Assembly (NCBI GenBank): GCA_965645245.1
Contig: OZ287085.1
Coordinates: forward strand, 372,001-436,000
DNA from: Massalongia carnosa
Lineage: Eukaryota
DNA length: 64,000 nt
Reading direction: 5' to 3'
Part shown: in pieces, positions 1 to 12,652 of the stretch
Position numbering within the stretch: the first letter of the stretch is position 1
How the letters are laid out: each line of letters begins with the position of its first letter
Made by a program: the position numbers and the translations under genes
The notes under the pieces: model-generated
Told to the model about the DNA's origin: nothing
Databases searched by the model: none
What the model saw: only the letters and a program-made list of their open reading frames with translations

Positions 1-140
1 GCTTTTTGTATGCGACGAACCGCCCGTCCCGTCATAGGTGTCTTGGGTGCTTGTGTGAAGTTAGGTTTCTTGTCAGGCGATTAGGGGTCACATGACCCGC
101 CATGGGTCACATGACACACGAACCCCTATGAGATATCCCT

Positions 141-690
141 TTTTTTTTTTTTTTTTATTAATTCATTAAGCGTATGCATCCTAAGGATATGACGCTGTGA
201 CTGCTATTTATGTACATAAACAACAGTCAGGAAGTGGAAACCTGGCCCCCAGGGTAAAACCACTCCCTTGTTCCATGTTGAACGCAACGAGACCGTCCTT
301 CTACCACGCGGTGCGTACACCCAGATCTTCAAGCGCTAGGAATCCTATAAACTCGATGAACTAGACAGTGTATTTTCACACGTTCGACGAACGTTTTCTC
401 TCTTTAAACGTTTTGATTCAATGGAGGAAAGACTGGCCGTAATCGAGGGCAGATCGCGGTGTCGTATAAATGAAGGTGTGTAAGTGTGGCCATTCTAAAT
501 GAATGGGCTTTTTCGATGTGGTGAAAGGCTTCCGCCTGAGGGGTGTGGCCATTCCGAATGAATGGGCTTTTTCGATGAGGTGAAAGGCTTCCGCCTGAGG
601 GGTGTGGCCATTCCGAATGAATGGGCTTTGTATGTGTGCCTTCGAGGTGACGAATGATCAGTAGAGACGTTGATCGTTCAAATGGCCACC
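141..690 (-). mobile_element. 5'-truncated non-LTR retroposon (LINE 3' end) with poly(A) tail and ~12-bp TSD
   Basis: Poly-T run at ~140-156; TGAGATATCCCT occurs at 129-140 and again at 691-702; the body is repeated at ~48040-48324. Confidence 0.75.
484..629. repeat. Tandem repeat, 59-bp unit, ~2.5 copies, inside the retroposon
   Basis: GTGTGGCCATTC..AATGAATGGGCTTT starts at 484, 543 and 602. Confidence 0.85.
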
Positions 691-750
691 TGAGATATCC
701 CTTAGTTAGCTAGCCTAGACCTCCCATATATCAATACACACCACTCCTTT

Positions 751-2142
751 TCACCCATATTCCACATTAGCCCATACAGCTTGATATTTCTCCTCTGGTG
801 AAGGCGATTTGGTGATTTTATCTAGTAAGATGTTTGGATTGTACAGCCATATGCCTATCTTCTCAAACCCAGAGATTATGTTCTTTTCATTGAAGGCATT
901 CTGCCAGGCAGGCCAAAAAACACCCCAGAAGACACTTTTTGATATGTTCACTGTGCCCAATGAGTTAAACATCATATCATTGAGGCCATTCGTATAATAC
1001 CGGGCCAGGGGGGCAAACAATGAAACATCTAGGGGTTGCAACTGGTGCGTAGTATGCGATGGTAGAATCATCAATAGAATTCGTAGTTCATCGCATTTAT
1101 TGATGAATTTCATATTGACGTGGTGGCTAGAATGACCATCCACCACCAGCAATCGCCTTCTATGCCCCATATGCTTCGTATATCGTTCAAAAGCACGCTC
1201 AAGCCAGTTCAGACCAAGCAGGTCACAACTCCATCCACTGGAGGAGACCGCGAAGAAAGCTTGCTGATCTACACTCCAATCTTCTAACCATGTATCCTGC
1301 AGTGTCTTTGAATCGCCTCTATAGATCAGCGCGGGTGGTAAAGCGGTACCGTTTGCGCATATGCAAGCCAGTAGACTGATGAGTTCACGACTTCTATCTT
1401 GACTCGCATGGGTTATGCGCCCCGATTCTAGAGCTTCAAGAGTCATTATTCGCTTTACGGCAGAGGCCATGCCAATTAAAAAGCCCTTTTCGTCCCAATT
1501 ATAGACGTTATCTGCTGTGATGTTATATTTTTCGATGCCCGCGTTAACTAGAAGAAATGTTGACTATTAGGCACAAATGCGACGCAATTAGGGGCAGTTA
1601 TATTGTCAAAACTACGGACCTGATCATAGAATTGCTTGAATATAGGTGCATACTCAGACTTTATGCGTCCATGTTGCGTAAATATAGACTTTTAAGTCTA
1701 TCTTGATTTCGCTTAGTGAATTCTCCCGCCCAGTTCCTACCCACTGACGACTTGATCATTTCTTCTGCCAAATTGCACACAATTGTAGGGTAGGAGGTAT
1801 TCCTCTGTCGGTTAATCGATTGATTTGTGAGATTAGAGCCTCTTCTTGGACCGTTGTGAGGCGTTGCTTATGTGTGGATGAAGCCTCCCGTCGGGAGACC
1901 GATTGGCCTTTCCATCGCCGCCGAAGAGTACTTTCGACTAGGCCAAATTTCTTAGCAGTTACAAGTATATTGGGTCGCTCTTGCGATTCTAAATTAGCAA
2001 TTGCTTGGTCAATTGGGGTAGTGGTGGTAGTGTTATTCATGGTTGAAGAGGGTAAGGTAGTGCGGAGTAATTTTCTAAAATTCGGCGTTGTCACCGGGTT
2101 CGGCGTTTCACCGGGAAATTCCGTAACTTTAACCGGGTAATG
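751..2142 (-). pseudogene. pogo/Fot1-type DDE transposase, frameshifted and 3'-truncated
   Basis: HTH part 1756-2094 (AKKFGLVESTLRRRWKG); DDE_1 part 751-1470 (LLVVDGHSSH, HTTHQLQPLDV); NWDEKGF motif upstream of 1470. Confidence 0.85.
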
Positions 2143-2440
2143 TTTAATCCGAAAACCCGCATTAATAATCAGAATACTTCAACTCAGGTTGATTTGAACC
2201 GATTCGAAAACCCAACTCGAATCCGTAGACAAGCTTCATGTTTAAGGATCCTAGTGACGTCTTGACTGTTATCTAAATTATTTTTTTATTCGTCCCGAGC
2301 AGTTTCAAAGTTTATGTGTCATTATATGTCCGCTTTTGTCTCAGAAGTTAATTCCTCACATTTTTATCGTCTCACTTCGCTTCTTGCTGATAGGCGTCCC
2401 GTTTAAGACAGTCAGTATCTACAGATAGAAGTCTGCAATC

Positions 2441-3193
2441 ATGACGACGGCAGCGGTGTTCGGCTGTACAGGAGCAGCGGGCTCTCAGATCCTCGTTACG
2501 CTTCTCGCCACAGACGTATTCTCATTCGTTAAAACTATCTCAAGGAGACTCCCAAATGCTCAATCTCCCAAGCTCCAAGCCCTCGAGGAAGGCGACATCT
2601 CAAAATGGGGCGGCATGATCTCCTCCCTGTCTCCCAAGCCATCAGTCGTCTTCAACGCAGTCGGCATCACAAGAGCGGCAGCTGGCGGACTTCAGAATCA
2701 GTGGAAGATCGACCATGACCTGTGCATAGAGAACGCCAAAGCAGCCAAGGAGGCCGGAGTGAAGACATACGTGTTCATCTCCAGTGGAGGGACCAGAGGT
2801 TTTCTCTTTGGCTATGTGCCCTACTCGAAGATGAAGATTGGCGTGGAGGATGCCATCAAGGAGCTCGATTTCGAGCATGCTATTATCCTGAGGCCGGGTA
2901 TGATCCTCGGAAGAGAGAAGCCCATAGCTCCGTTCTTGGAAAACCTCTTCGAACACCTAAAAAAGCTGGGACAAGGCGTCCAAGACAAGCTAGGTATGAT
3001 CAACCTGATAATACATGAATGTTTGAAGTTCCTGGGTACTAACTCGTAACGTGCAGGTCAGGATCAAATTATCCTTGGTCGAGCAGCTGTAGAAGCTGCT
3101 CGTATGGGCTTAGAAGGAAAAGCGCCGTCGAAATATTGGGTAGTGGAACAGGCTGATATCATCAAGTTTGGAAGAGACGAGTGGAAGGAGTGA
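2441..3193 (+). CDS. FMP52: FMP52-like NAD(P)-binding Rossmann-fold protein, 2 exons (2441-2993, 3057-3193)
   Basis: GCTGAAG dinucleotide-binding motif, WKIDHDLCIENAKAAK, YSKMK, ILRPGMILG; intron GTATGA...TACTAAC...CAG at 2994-3056 restores the C-terminus GQDQIILGRAAV...EWKE*. Confidence 0.8.
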
Positions 3194-3789
3194 TGCGCAA
3201 TATTTGGCAGGTTGGGAAAGTATGCCAGAATCGCATTTATTTCTCTATTCTTGTCCATGTCTATCTTTCGATTACCTATAAGTTTAGCCCGGGCCCCATT
3301 GGTTGTTAACAAAACGTATAGCGCAAGCTACGATATGAGAGTCCATTGAACATCAAGTCCGGCACGTTGCACACGTTCTATACTACATATGTCTTAACAG
3401 TAGAATTCCAGTACAACGACGAGTTACGTGAAATAATACCGAATGAGCACTATTTGTTGTTTCCTTATGATTCAGAAGTGAAAAATTCACAACTAGTGAA
3501 ACGCAGCCACCTTGTGTTTATTGCTATTCTAGTGTTTTGGCAAAGTCCTGACCCTAGGGTGTGGCATGACACCGTTCGTGCGCCGTCCGCGCCGGGTACG
3601 GAGCCGCAACGGGTAGGCTACGGGGTCCATGGACGCTGTAGATGCGAACCCTGGGGTCAAGACATACTCCCAAAACCCCAAAACCGTGTTTCTCGCAGAG
3701 GAATGGTTTAGAGCGTGCGAAGTCTCGCGATGGTGCGGGTGCGGTGTGCATGTGGTGAGAGTTCGGGTGAGGTGCGGGACATGTGGTAT

Positions 3790-4760
3790 TCAGCCTCTTT
3801 GATGTCGTCTCGAGGCATTCCATATGAATGAGGGGTTTGTGTGTATGTATAATCGGTAGGCGTCTGATTTCCAGCGTCCTAGCAGCTTGATTTCATCCTC
3901 GTTTAGGCCGGCGTTTTTCGCGGAGGTGGCGGCCCCTCTCCGAAAGGAGTGACCTGAATAATTACCCGGATATCCCTTGTCTTTTAAAAGGTCTCGTAAT
4001 GCTTTTATGACAAAGTTTCGTGTGAAAGCCTTTTTTGGATAGAACAGAGGTTGGGTGAGATCTGTTGGAAAACGTTCGATCAGATTTCTCAATGATCGGA
4101 CTGGGCAGGCTTCGTCGTTGACGGCCGCTACTGTAACTGTGACCCCTTGTCGGAAGGGATCCGTCTTGGAGGCGGGAAGGGTCAGCTGTAATCTGTCCTC
4201 GCTCAGTAATAGTGAATCTCTGGGTATGTGCCATTGGGCAAAGTCGTCTCCCCACATGTTTTCTTCCCATGTGAATTCTCCGATACGTAAGAAGGCCGCG
4301 AAGGCTAAACAGAAGGCCGCGTGCAGTGTGGCTCCCCTTAAGGAATTTTGATCAAAAGTACTAACGATCTCTTTTAGGATGGATCGAGTTATAGGACGAC
4401 GTTCTCGCGGCTGGGCGGCGGGACGGAGCCGGCGTATGCCTGCCACGATTCTCTCTAGTTGGGGATGATGGAAAATGTCTAATTCGGCCTTCGACGCGCC
4501 TCGGTCGACTTGATAAGATCTGATGCCGCTTAAGTATTGTTTTATGGTTTTTGGGTTAATTCCCTTGTGGCCTAAATGAGCTACTCATTCGCATAATGAG
4601 CGAATGGACGGAGGAAAGGGGACGTGATTCCATATCACGCAGTATTCGGTGTAGTTTCGTCGTGCCTGCTCGTACGATGTTCTAGTCCCTACAGCTAGGC
4701 CCCACCATAGATATCTCGCTGCTGAGTTTGACAGTTCTTGGTTTTGGAACCAGTGTTCCG
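3790..4760 (-). pseudogene. Tyrosine recombinase of the DIRS/Ngaro element, premature TGA at 4585-4587
   Basis: LRIGE, SKTD, HSFRRGAAT, GRW..Y catalytic motifs; the N-terminal part (WGLAVGTRTSYE...) is in frame upstream of the stop. Confidence 0.85.
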
Positions 4761-6846
4761 GTGGTTCACCGATTGTGCCCCGTGGGCTAATGTCAAGTCC
4801 TGTAGTAAAGGATAGTTGTCAGCAATTTTGTTCCATTGACCGCGGGAAAGCATATCTGCCAGAGTATTCTCTCTTGATGAGATCCAATGTGATTCAATGA
4901 CGATGTCATGTAATGCTAGTAGCATGGCAATATCCCGTAGGGGTTTCATGGCCGGGCCGCGTATGGAGCCGTTGCGTAATCCATTTACGACCGCTTGATT
5001 GTCGCCATATATGATGAGTTTGGATCCTTTAAAAATAGGTAACCATTTGCGCAGTGCGTGTAATACAGCCATCATTTCTTTGACATTGATATGTTTCTTC
5101 ATGTCTCTGGACGAGGTCCTTATCGAGAATACTTCGGCGGACGAGACTAGAGATTCCTTTGAATGTCCTTCGTCGATCGTTCCGACTATTTTGCTATGCG
5201 CCATGCGTGACGCAGCATGTTCCCGGACGAGGTCCGATGAACCCTTGATACCTCGAGCAGATGCAGCGAGAAGTTCTTTAGAATTTTCTTCGTCTGTCAT
5301 CCCGGCCATCCGCATCGAAGACACCTCGGTAGACACCTTCAGAAATTCGCTGTAATTTCCTTCTTCGGTTATCTCGGTTGTCCCGGACTCAAAGGTGCGC
5401 ATTGCGATGTCCCCGGACGAGGTCCGTATGGCTGACGTCTCGGCAGGTGTGACTAGGAATTCGTTGAAATTCTCGTCGTCTATCGCCCCGACTATCCCCT
5501 GAGACTGCGAGACCCGGACATCTTGTATCCTCAACTCGTTGTCTGAAGACGTCTCGAAAGAGATTGAGTTCTTCTTCTTTGAAGGCATCCAATGCGAGGG
5601 TCTCGTGAGAACACCTCGTCTTGGGAGAGATACCTCGGCAAACGCACGCTGTGTTTCGGTTGTCTCTAGTGTTTGTGTATTTGAATGACGAGAAAGCGTG
5701 CCCGCTTCGGTGGAGTGTGGGGTTCGGTGCACCGAATAGTACCCGCCCATTCCCCATGTTCCCGAAGCGTCTGTCCATAGACGAATTTACTCTCTAGTGT
5801 TCAGCGATCGTAAGATTTGAACGCCGTTCCATCGGGGCAAGAAGTACTGCCACCATAATAGATCTAGTCGCATGTCGCCGGCTATGCGGATCCGACCCGT
5901 GTCTTCGCCGAGGGCGGTAAATAGGCGGCGTAAGAAGGCTCTGCCTAGTTTGACCACTTTGGCCGCAAATGATAGAAACCCCAGAAGGGAACGTAGTTCG
6001 TCTTTGGACATATAGTCTTGCGTCAATGCGCTGTTGACCCAATCGATGGCCTTTTTTAAATTTGTCGGGAGGTAGGCGGGCTTCCATGCGTTGGGTGTCT
6101 AGTGTTAACCCAAGAAAATCGCAGATTTGCCCCGTCTCTCCCTTTGATGCGTTTATACGCATGCCCAACTCGTCGCAAAACGTGTCGAACGCAGACTCGT
6201 AACGGGATGCCTCCTCGCTCGTCTTGACAATCGCGAGGAAGTCATCTAAATAATGTAGGACTAGCCAGTTCTGAAGGACTAATATCCAGTTTATTCCCTT
6301 CGCGAAGAGATCGAAGATAAATGGGGAGGTACGAAGACCAAATGGGAGGAAGATGTCCATCCAATAAGAATTGTTCCACTGAAAACCCAGTAGCCACCAG
6401 TCCGCTCTTGCGACGGGTATGTGCCGGAAGGCGTCCGCGAGGTCGCGTTTTACGAGGTATGCTCCTCGTCCGACGTCAAGAAGAGCTTCTATTGCTTCGT
6501 CAAATGACGTGTACTCTAGGGCGCCCCATTCAGCGGGAATGTGATAATTGACCGAGCCCTTGCGTGGATGAGACAGATGATGGATTCTTCGCCATTTGCC
6601 ATTGGGCTTGGGGACGAGGCCCAGTGGGGAGGACATAAAGTGAGGCGGTGGTTCCCGTACGGGTACTACACGGTGATGTTGAATCTGTTCGTCCAGATCT
6701 TTGGACAACACCTCGGGTGCATCTTTGGCAGAAGATAGGTTCGGGCTTATGATACGCTGTTTTGGCCCTGTGTAGCCAATCCTTGCCCCACATCGAATGA
6801 TGTTAAGAATTGTCCTTCTATAGACACTGTCTGGATGTTTCTCCAA
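4695..6846 (-). pseudogene. DIRS/Ngaro pol (RT + RNase H), frameshifted near 6055
   Basis: RT ORF 5794-6846; continuation LRSLLGFLSFAAKVV in another frame; RNase H 4695-5790. Confidence 0.85.
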
Positions 6847-7471
6847 TCGTCGTTTCCATCCCGCTGACTTAAGTGGGCATCGTACCTCGTCCGCATCCGC
6901 GTCGGTGTCTATCCGATATGGAAAACCCCCGGAAATGAACGAGAGAGCGCTTGAGACGGATAGTCAACTGGGCTTGCTTTGCTGTGGAGGATATGGATTG
7001 ACGCGCATGCGACAATCGCGTTGCGTATGCTGGCATCCGCATGACGCGCAAACGTGACGAAATGTGCAGTTGCTTGGACAATCGCCGCCGTTGTTGTATC
7101 GTCTGCACGCTGCTATGCCGCGTTGATCGTCTTTGACTTGACGTGCGTTGAACGAGCGAATTCATGCTCTGTGTTCGACGAAGATTGGGGCCAGCGTTGT
7201 AATCGATTTTTCGACGGAGATTTCGTTCTTCTAAACCTCTGTTCGGGGTCCGCCAACCGCGCGGGTCTTCCACGCCCTCCACGAGGCGGGCTTTATGAAA
7301 GCAGAAGTGGAATTAACGAATTGATTCGAACGTGTATAGAAGAGACCATCCTAGCAATTGATCGATGTGGACGTGCATTGCCGCTTGTAGTTCCATTTGT
7401 GTGCCCGCGTGAGCGATGTGAATGACGATTTGACAGTATATGAGAAACGCGCGAAGAAGATGTGTGATTCC

Positions 7472-7580
7472 TGTTGAATTGCACTGCCCTCGTTCTGGAA
7501 GTTTCTATGCTTAGTCAGCTGAATGTATATTAGCCGCTCTTCTCCCTCTATAGAACAATAAACCGTCTCAAGTTTCAACA
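7472..7580. mobile_element. Solo LTR (109 bp), TSD ATTCC, inserted in DIRS gag
   Basis: TGTTGAA...TTCAACA ends; ATTCC at 7467-7471 and 7581-7585; the empty site is present in DIRS copy 2 at ~36600. Confidence 0.9.
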
Positions 7581-8365
7581 ATTCCTCGTGCGTCCGAGGC
7601 CAGGGCGTCCTCTTCCGGATATTCCACCTCGGTCGACCCGATTCTTAGATATTTGTTTTTGGGCTGAACCGACTCGTATTCGGTCGACAGCTTCATAATA
7701 TTCTCCACTTTGAACTTGTTGTCACGGATGTTTTTGAAGTGCCTCAGCATGAAATGTCGCGAACGCGCTCGGTCTCGCTAGTAGTATTAAGGAATTTGTG
7801 GGTGGTGCGGATTCTGTGCGTGACGGCACCGCGTCGTCTCTGAGACGTTGTATCTCGCGTTCGAGCTCTGCCTCCTCTTGCTCGATTTCTCTGGCTTTTG
7901 CTTCGGCTCGTAGCCTTTCGGCTTCCGCCCTGAGGGCCGCGCGACGGTCTGGAGGCGGGATTGCCTCGGGGGAGGAGTGGCGTGACTCGTTTTCTATTGT
8001 GGCCTCTCTAGAGTCTGATTGAGGTGTGACTCGGCCTCCCCGGCCGCGTGTGCCTCTGCCTCGACCCCGACTGCCGGTCGCACCACGAGGAGGAATCGTC
8101 TGGCGATTCTCTCGCCCGCTTTGACTGCATGTGTTCATGATGTGAATAGAACATGAATAATATGTTTGCGTGTGTGTGAGTGTGTGTGTATAGAAACAGC
8201 GAAACACGATTTTTGATGAGTGTTGATGAGGAAAGAGAGAAGAGATGGGGGGATGGAGGAGGTGAAGAGTTTTTCACCTCCCTGCTAGCGTCCGGCCCTA
8301 TCCCACTTACACGCCTGGTGCTGTCCGTCACGGTGACAACTTCACTAGCCCCCAGCAAGCTGGTG

Positions 8366-10630
8366 CGTTTTCGGCACACGTGCTATGGGACGAGACCGCA
8401 TCCCTTTCGGTTGAAGAATCGGGGGATGGAGGCGACGACGACTATGGCTTCTTACAATTCTTCTACCGAAATGGTGACGACGAGGTGGACACATCAGGGG
8501 TGATAATTTATGCAAATGAAGAGGAAGAACTCGTTGATGAGGAACCCCCTAAACGGCCTTTAGAACCGGAATTTACAGATGAAGGAACCGGGAGAGAGGA
8601 CGATGATAAATCAGAAAGTTCAGAAAATTCCGAGGACTCACAAGTAGCCGACCTGACCTCTGGGTCATCAACTGCTCCTTTTACAGGCCAATTTACTAGT
8701 AATTCTGAGCAGTCGATCAAATCCGCACCAGGACAGGTACCTCAGGAACCTAGACTACCACCTCCACCAACATCATGATCCCGACCATCCCGAAACACCT
8801 CTCGACCCGATTATGCTAATTTAGCTGATCCATGTTCTAAGAAAGGAGGAAACAAGGGATTCGCATTGAGAGCTCTTAATGCCTCCTTAAATGACCTCAC
8901 CGTCCCCAGCACCTACAAGGAGGCCATTCAGTCTTCAGAGGCTACCGAATGGATCCGAGCATCAGAGGAGGAGGTTGAATCTCATTCCATCAACGGGACC
9001 TGGGACCTGGAAATTCCACCACCTGGTAGGAAGATCCTCCCTGGTAGATGAGTTTATACCACCAAACTCGGTCCGGATGGGGAAATATCTCGATATAAGG
9101 GCCGATGGGTAGGTAAAGAATTTTGCCAGATAGAAGGCATTGACTATAATCAAACCTATGCCAGCGTGGTCAAATCAACGACATGGAAGGCCCTGCTGGC
9201 TATAGCGGCTAGATATGACCTGGAGGTCGAACAGATCGACGTGGTCACTGCTTTCCTTGAGGCCCCTCTAAAAGAGGAGGTCTAGATGGAACAACCCCAT
9301 GGATTTGTCAAACCAGGGGGATATGCCTGTCACTTGAAGAATGCCTTGTATAGTCTCAAGCAGGCCCCCCGTGAGTGATATTCCACCCTCAATGACTATC
9401 TTATCACCACGGGCTATAGGAGAGTGGACGAGGACCATTCGGTCTATATTCATCAGCAAAATGGCATCATAATAGCGATTTATGTGGATGATCTACTTCT
9501 CATCGGACCCTCTCTTTCGGACATCAGTCTCTTGAAGACTGCATTGTCTCACCGATTCCGGATCAAGGATCTCGGACCAATTAATTTCTATTTAGGGATG
9601 CACGTCATTCGGGACCGGCCAAATAGAAGAATATATGTTCATCAATCGGCGTACATTAGGCGGGTCATCGATGCAGTCGAAATGTCCGATTGCATATCCG
9701 TCAAAACACCCATGGAGACCAATCTTCTTCTGGTCAAGAATTACTATAAAGGCAAGATATACTAGGCCGCAAATAGAGAGATCAAGGCATATCAAATGCT
9801 TATTGGATCTCTATTGTGGTTAGCATGTATGACTCGGCCAGATATTGCTTACTCGGTGAATCGCTGCAGTAAATATTCAATCAATCCTACCCCTATCAAG
9901 GCGCAATTTTAAAAAAGAATCATTCGATATTTGGCTGGAACAAGTGACCTAAGCCTATGTTTTGGATCCTCCTATGAGGGTATTCACACCGATTTAATCG
10001 GTTATACTGATGTCTCTTATGGAGACTGTCTGCACACTAGGAGATCCAGTTCCGCCTATGTCTTCCTCCTGAACAGCGGACCAATCAGCTGGTCAGCGAA
10101 ACGCCAGGCCTCGGTGGCCACCTCCACAGCTGAGGCTGAGTATATGGGGGAGTGCCATGCTGGCAAGGAGGCTGTCTTCTTGGTGAATGCCTTGAAATCC
10201 TTGGGATATGGTGTCAATGGCCCCGTCCCCCTGAAAGCTGACAATAAGGCGGCTATAAAGCTAGCCGACAACCCCATCAATCATCCTCGGGCCAAACACA
10301 TCGATATCCAGTATCATAAGACGAGGGAGCTGATCGCTGAGGGAGCTATTCAAATTAGCTATGTGCCCACTAAGGATATGATAGCTGATGGACTAACCAA
10401 GCCTCTACCGTGGATCTCCTTTCGAAGGTTCATCGATCAGATGAATATGACCACTGCCCCTGAGGCATCAAATCAATGAGGTTGATTCAAACTTCTGGAG
10501 GTTGGAACCTTCCTATTGTGAGGGAGCTTTGGATTGACAATAGCGACGGTCAACCTAGCCTTGTCGGAGGCCGGCCTTACAATAGGCCGCCCCCCTGAAT
10601 CCTAATGCGGTAAGGTGGTTAAGGAGGTGT
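8366..10630 (+). mobile_element. Ty1/copia remnant: integrase tail, RT, RNase H, with multiple stops
   Basis: PSTYKEA, YKGRWV, DVVTAFL, YVDDLL, GYTDVSYG, STAEAEY, KHIDIQYH, ADGLTKPL. Confidence 0.9.
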
Positions 10631-10757
10631 TTGCTATAGCAAACAATCTGGTCATAAGGTACTCGGGAGGGCCCCTCGAACTTGCTTCCTTCTAGATAGC
10701 ATTAATATAATCACCTTTCAAAGCCTTCAGTCTGCCACTAAGCCTCCTGTACTCAAA

Positions 10758-11399
10758 GTGTTCATCAACATGAACAGCTCGATTGCTGCCCACTATCAAG
10801 CGCTCATCAAGGGCAAGAAGACCGTGTGGGAACGCCTCGGCACCCTGAGCGCTCACATTGCTCCTTCTGACCCAACCCGAAAACGCAAGATTCGAGAGGC
10901 GTACGACGCAATTCGTAACCCTCGCCGAGCTCGCAACCAATCAATCGACAATTGGCTCCAGGAATGGCTACGTGTCACAGACCAAGGCTCTTGAATCGGC
11001 TGAATGCGAACGGCAACGCTCATCCGATATCTCTTCAGTGAAGCCTTTCACCTCAACCAACGCTATGGCCTTTGACGATGCTAATGCGCCTAGGTCCACC
11101 TCATGCACCAACGCTACTTTAGCGTCCTCGATTCAGTACAGCAATCAGTTTGATGATGAGTCGGCTCCACCTTCAACGGCTACAGCCGCTGCCCACTGGC
11201 AGCCGAAGGGAACCTTCTCCACTCATCAGTCTGATGAACCCCCGGCTTTCTTCAACCGATGGATTATGGACCCTGGCTCCAACATCCACATCACCAACTC
11301 GAAGGCTTGGTCATGGATTCACTCGCACTACGCTGGTGCCACGGAGGTGATCTATGCTGGCTCTCAACTCATGCCCGTCACTGAGTACGGTTCGGTTGA
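10758..11399 (+). pseudogene. Ty1/copia gag-protease fragment of a different family
   Basis: Copia protease motif WIMDPGSNIHITN; gag-like ORF 10758-10994. Confidence 0.6.
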
Positions 11400-12255
11400 T
11401 ACCCATTGACGCTGTTTTCCCGACCCCTTTTCCACCGAGCACTCGTCTGACCATATTATTTTTGACCACTGCTCAAAAGTCCACTCACGCCGAAGCAAGC
11501 ACCAGTCCAGTCTCTTCTTTGCCACCTCGGGCGTCAATAAAGGTCGCTTTTTAGCCAGCCAGTTTGTTAGACCATAGTCTTTGATTGTCCGATAGAGAGT
11601 GGATCGACTACATTGCACTTCAACCTCCGTACGCAGTGTCAGATGGTAAGGACTACCATCATGGGCATTCATCTAGTGCTTATCTTCGGCGACTCTACTA
11701 CGGGGACCAAGATGACCTCCGGGGACCGAGATTCAGTGGACCGGCTGACTCCCTATGAAAAGGGTCGCCGAAAGGTCTCCAATGTGGCTGCTATATAATG
11801 AAGTTGATAGCCCACATATAATCTATACCTTCAATGACAATCATGCTATTATACCTACAAAGTGAATCAATATTTCATACGCAGCTACGCGTAGGTGATG
11901 CGTGGATTGATTCGTGCAAGTTTGATGATACGTCTTCGATCGCGGTTCGAAAGTATTCCAGGCCGACCCGATCGCGATTTGGAGTTTTCGTTGTTGCGTT
12001 CTGGGTGCTTTTGAAGAGTGTAAATGACGGTGGTTCGAGGCACATTTAATGTCTTTGCAATTTCGGTGCATGCCCCAACGCCTGGGCTTCAATAATCATA
12101 CCTCTTTGACATTGATTCAATTCGGTATTACGAGGCTTATTACCCGAAATTGAAGTCAATAGAGTGCGTGGCATGGTGAAATGATAAGGTCAAAGTTGAT
12201 GGGTTGGTAGGTTCGAAAATCGCGGGTAGAGTCGGAAACTTTTGACACGGGACTG
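11400..12255 (-). mobile_element. Tc1-type element, 5' part (same family as 63023-64000), interrupted by a solo LTR
   Basis: Near-identical to 63738-64000; IIWSDECS; terminus TA|CAGTCCCGTGTCAAAAGTTTCCGAC at 12255. Confidence 0.85.
11637..11879. mobile_element. Solo LTR (243 bp), TSD CGCAG
   Basis: TGTCAG...TTCATA; CGCAG at 11632-11636 and 11880-11884; the empty site is seen at ~63968-63972. Confidence 0.8.
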
Positions 12256-12652
12256 TAGAACTATCTTCATTTTTTCAACCTCAGCTTCTATGAAACACGT
12301 ATAGATATTCGATGAAGTCTTCTGATCGGCGCATTATCGAATAGCTTTCGATTCATGAATTTTGTCTGTGATTATCTTGAGAACGAAATCGTCTGTCATT
12401 GATCTGCGGCAGTGTGACTGCATCGATCGCAATTCGAAAGTTGAAACGGGGAGACCTTCTCCCAGCAGGCATTCACTACTGGAAGACGGGATCCGCAGGG
12501 GCTACACAACGTGATGGTCACAATAGAGGTACCAATAGGTAGGGTCAGGTCAAAGGGCAGACTAAATGCTACCCTTTTGAAGTGCTTGATCATTGATCTA
12601 TATAGGATAGGACAATCCACAACCTAAGCTCTTCTTCCATACCTTGCCCATA

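Larger units (their letters stand above)
3558..8365 (-). mobile_element. Tyrosine-recombinase retrotransposon (DIRS/Ngaro type), copy 1: gag, RT/RNase H, YR
   Basis: Overlapping gag, RT (LPFGLRTSP, HYLDDF), RNase H (WTDASG, HINVKE, GDN, NTLADMLSR) and YR ORFs. 5' end defined by alignment with copy 2 at 35791; 3' boundary approximate. Confidence 0.9.

Noticed and set aside
3790..4446. Tyrosine recombinase as a Starship captain, Crypton or phage integrase
   Set aside because: It is short, overlaps RNase H and lies downstream of gag/RT, which is the DIRS/Ngaro layout.
5794..6846. RT as part of a DGR, retron or group II intron
   Set aside because: DIRS-type RT/RNase H motifs in a eukaryotic context; no template/variable repeat pair with adenine-specific differences was seen.
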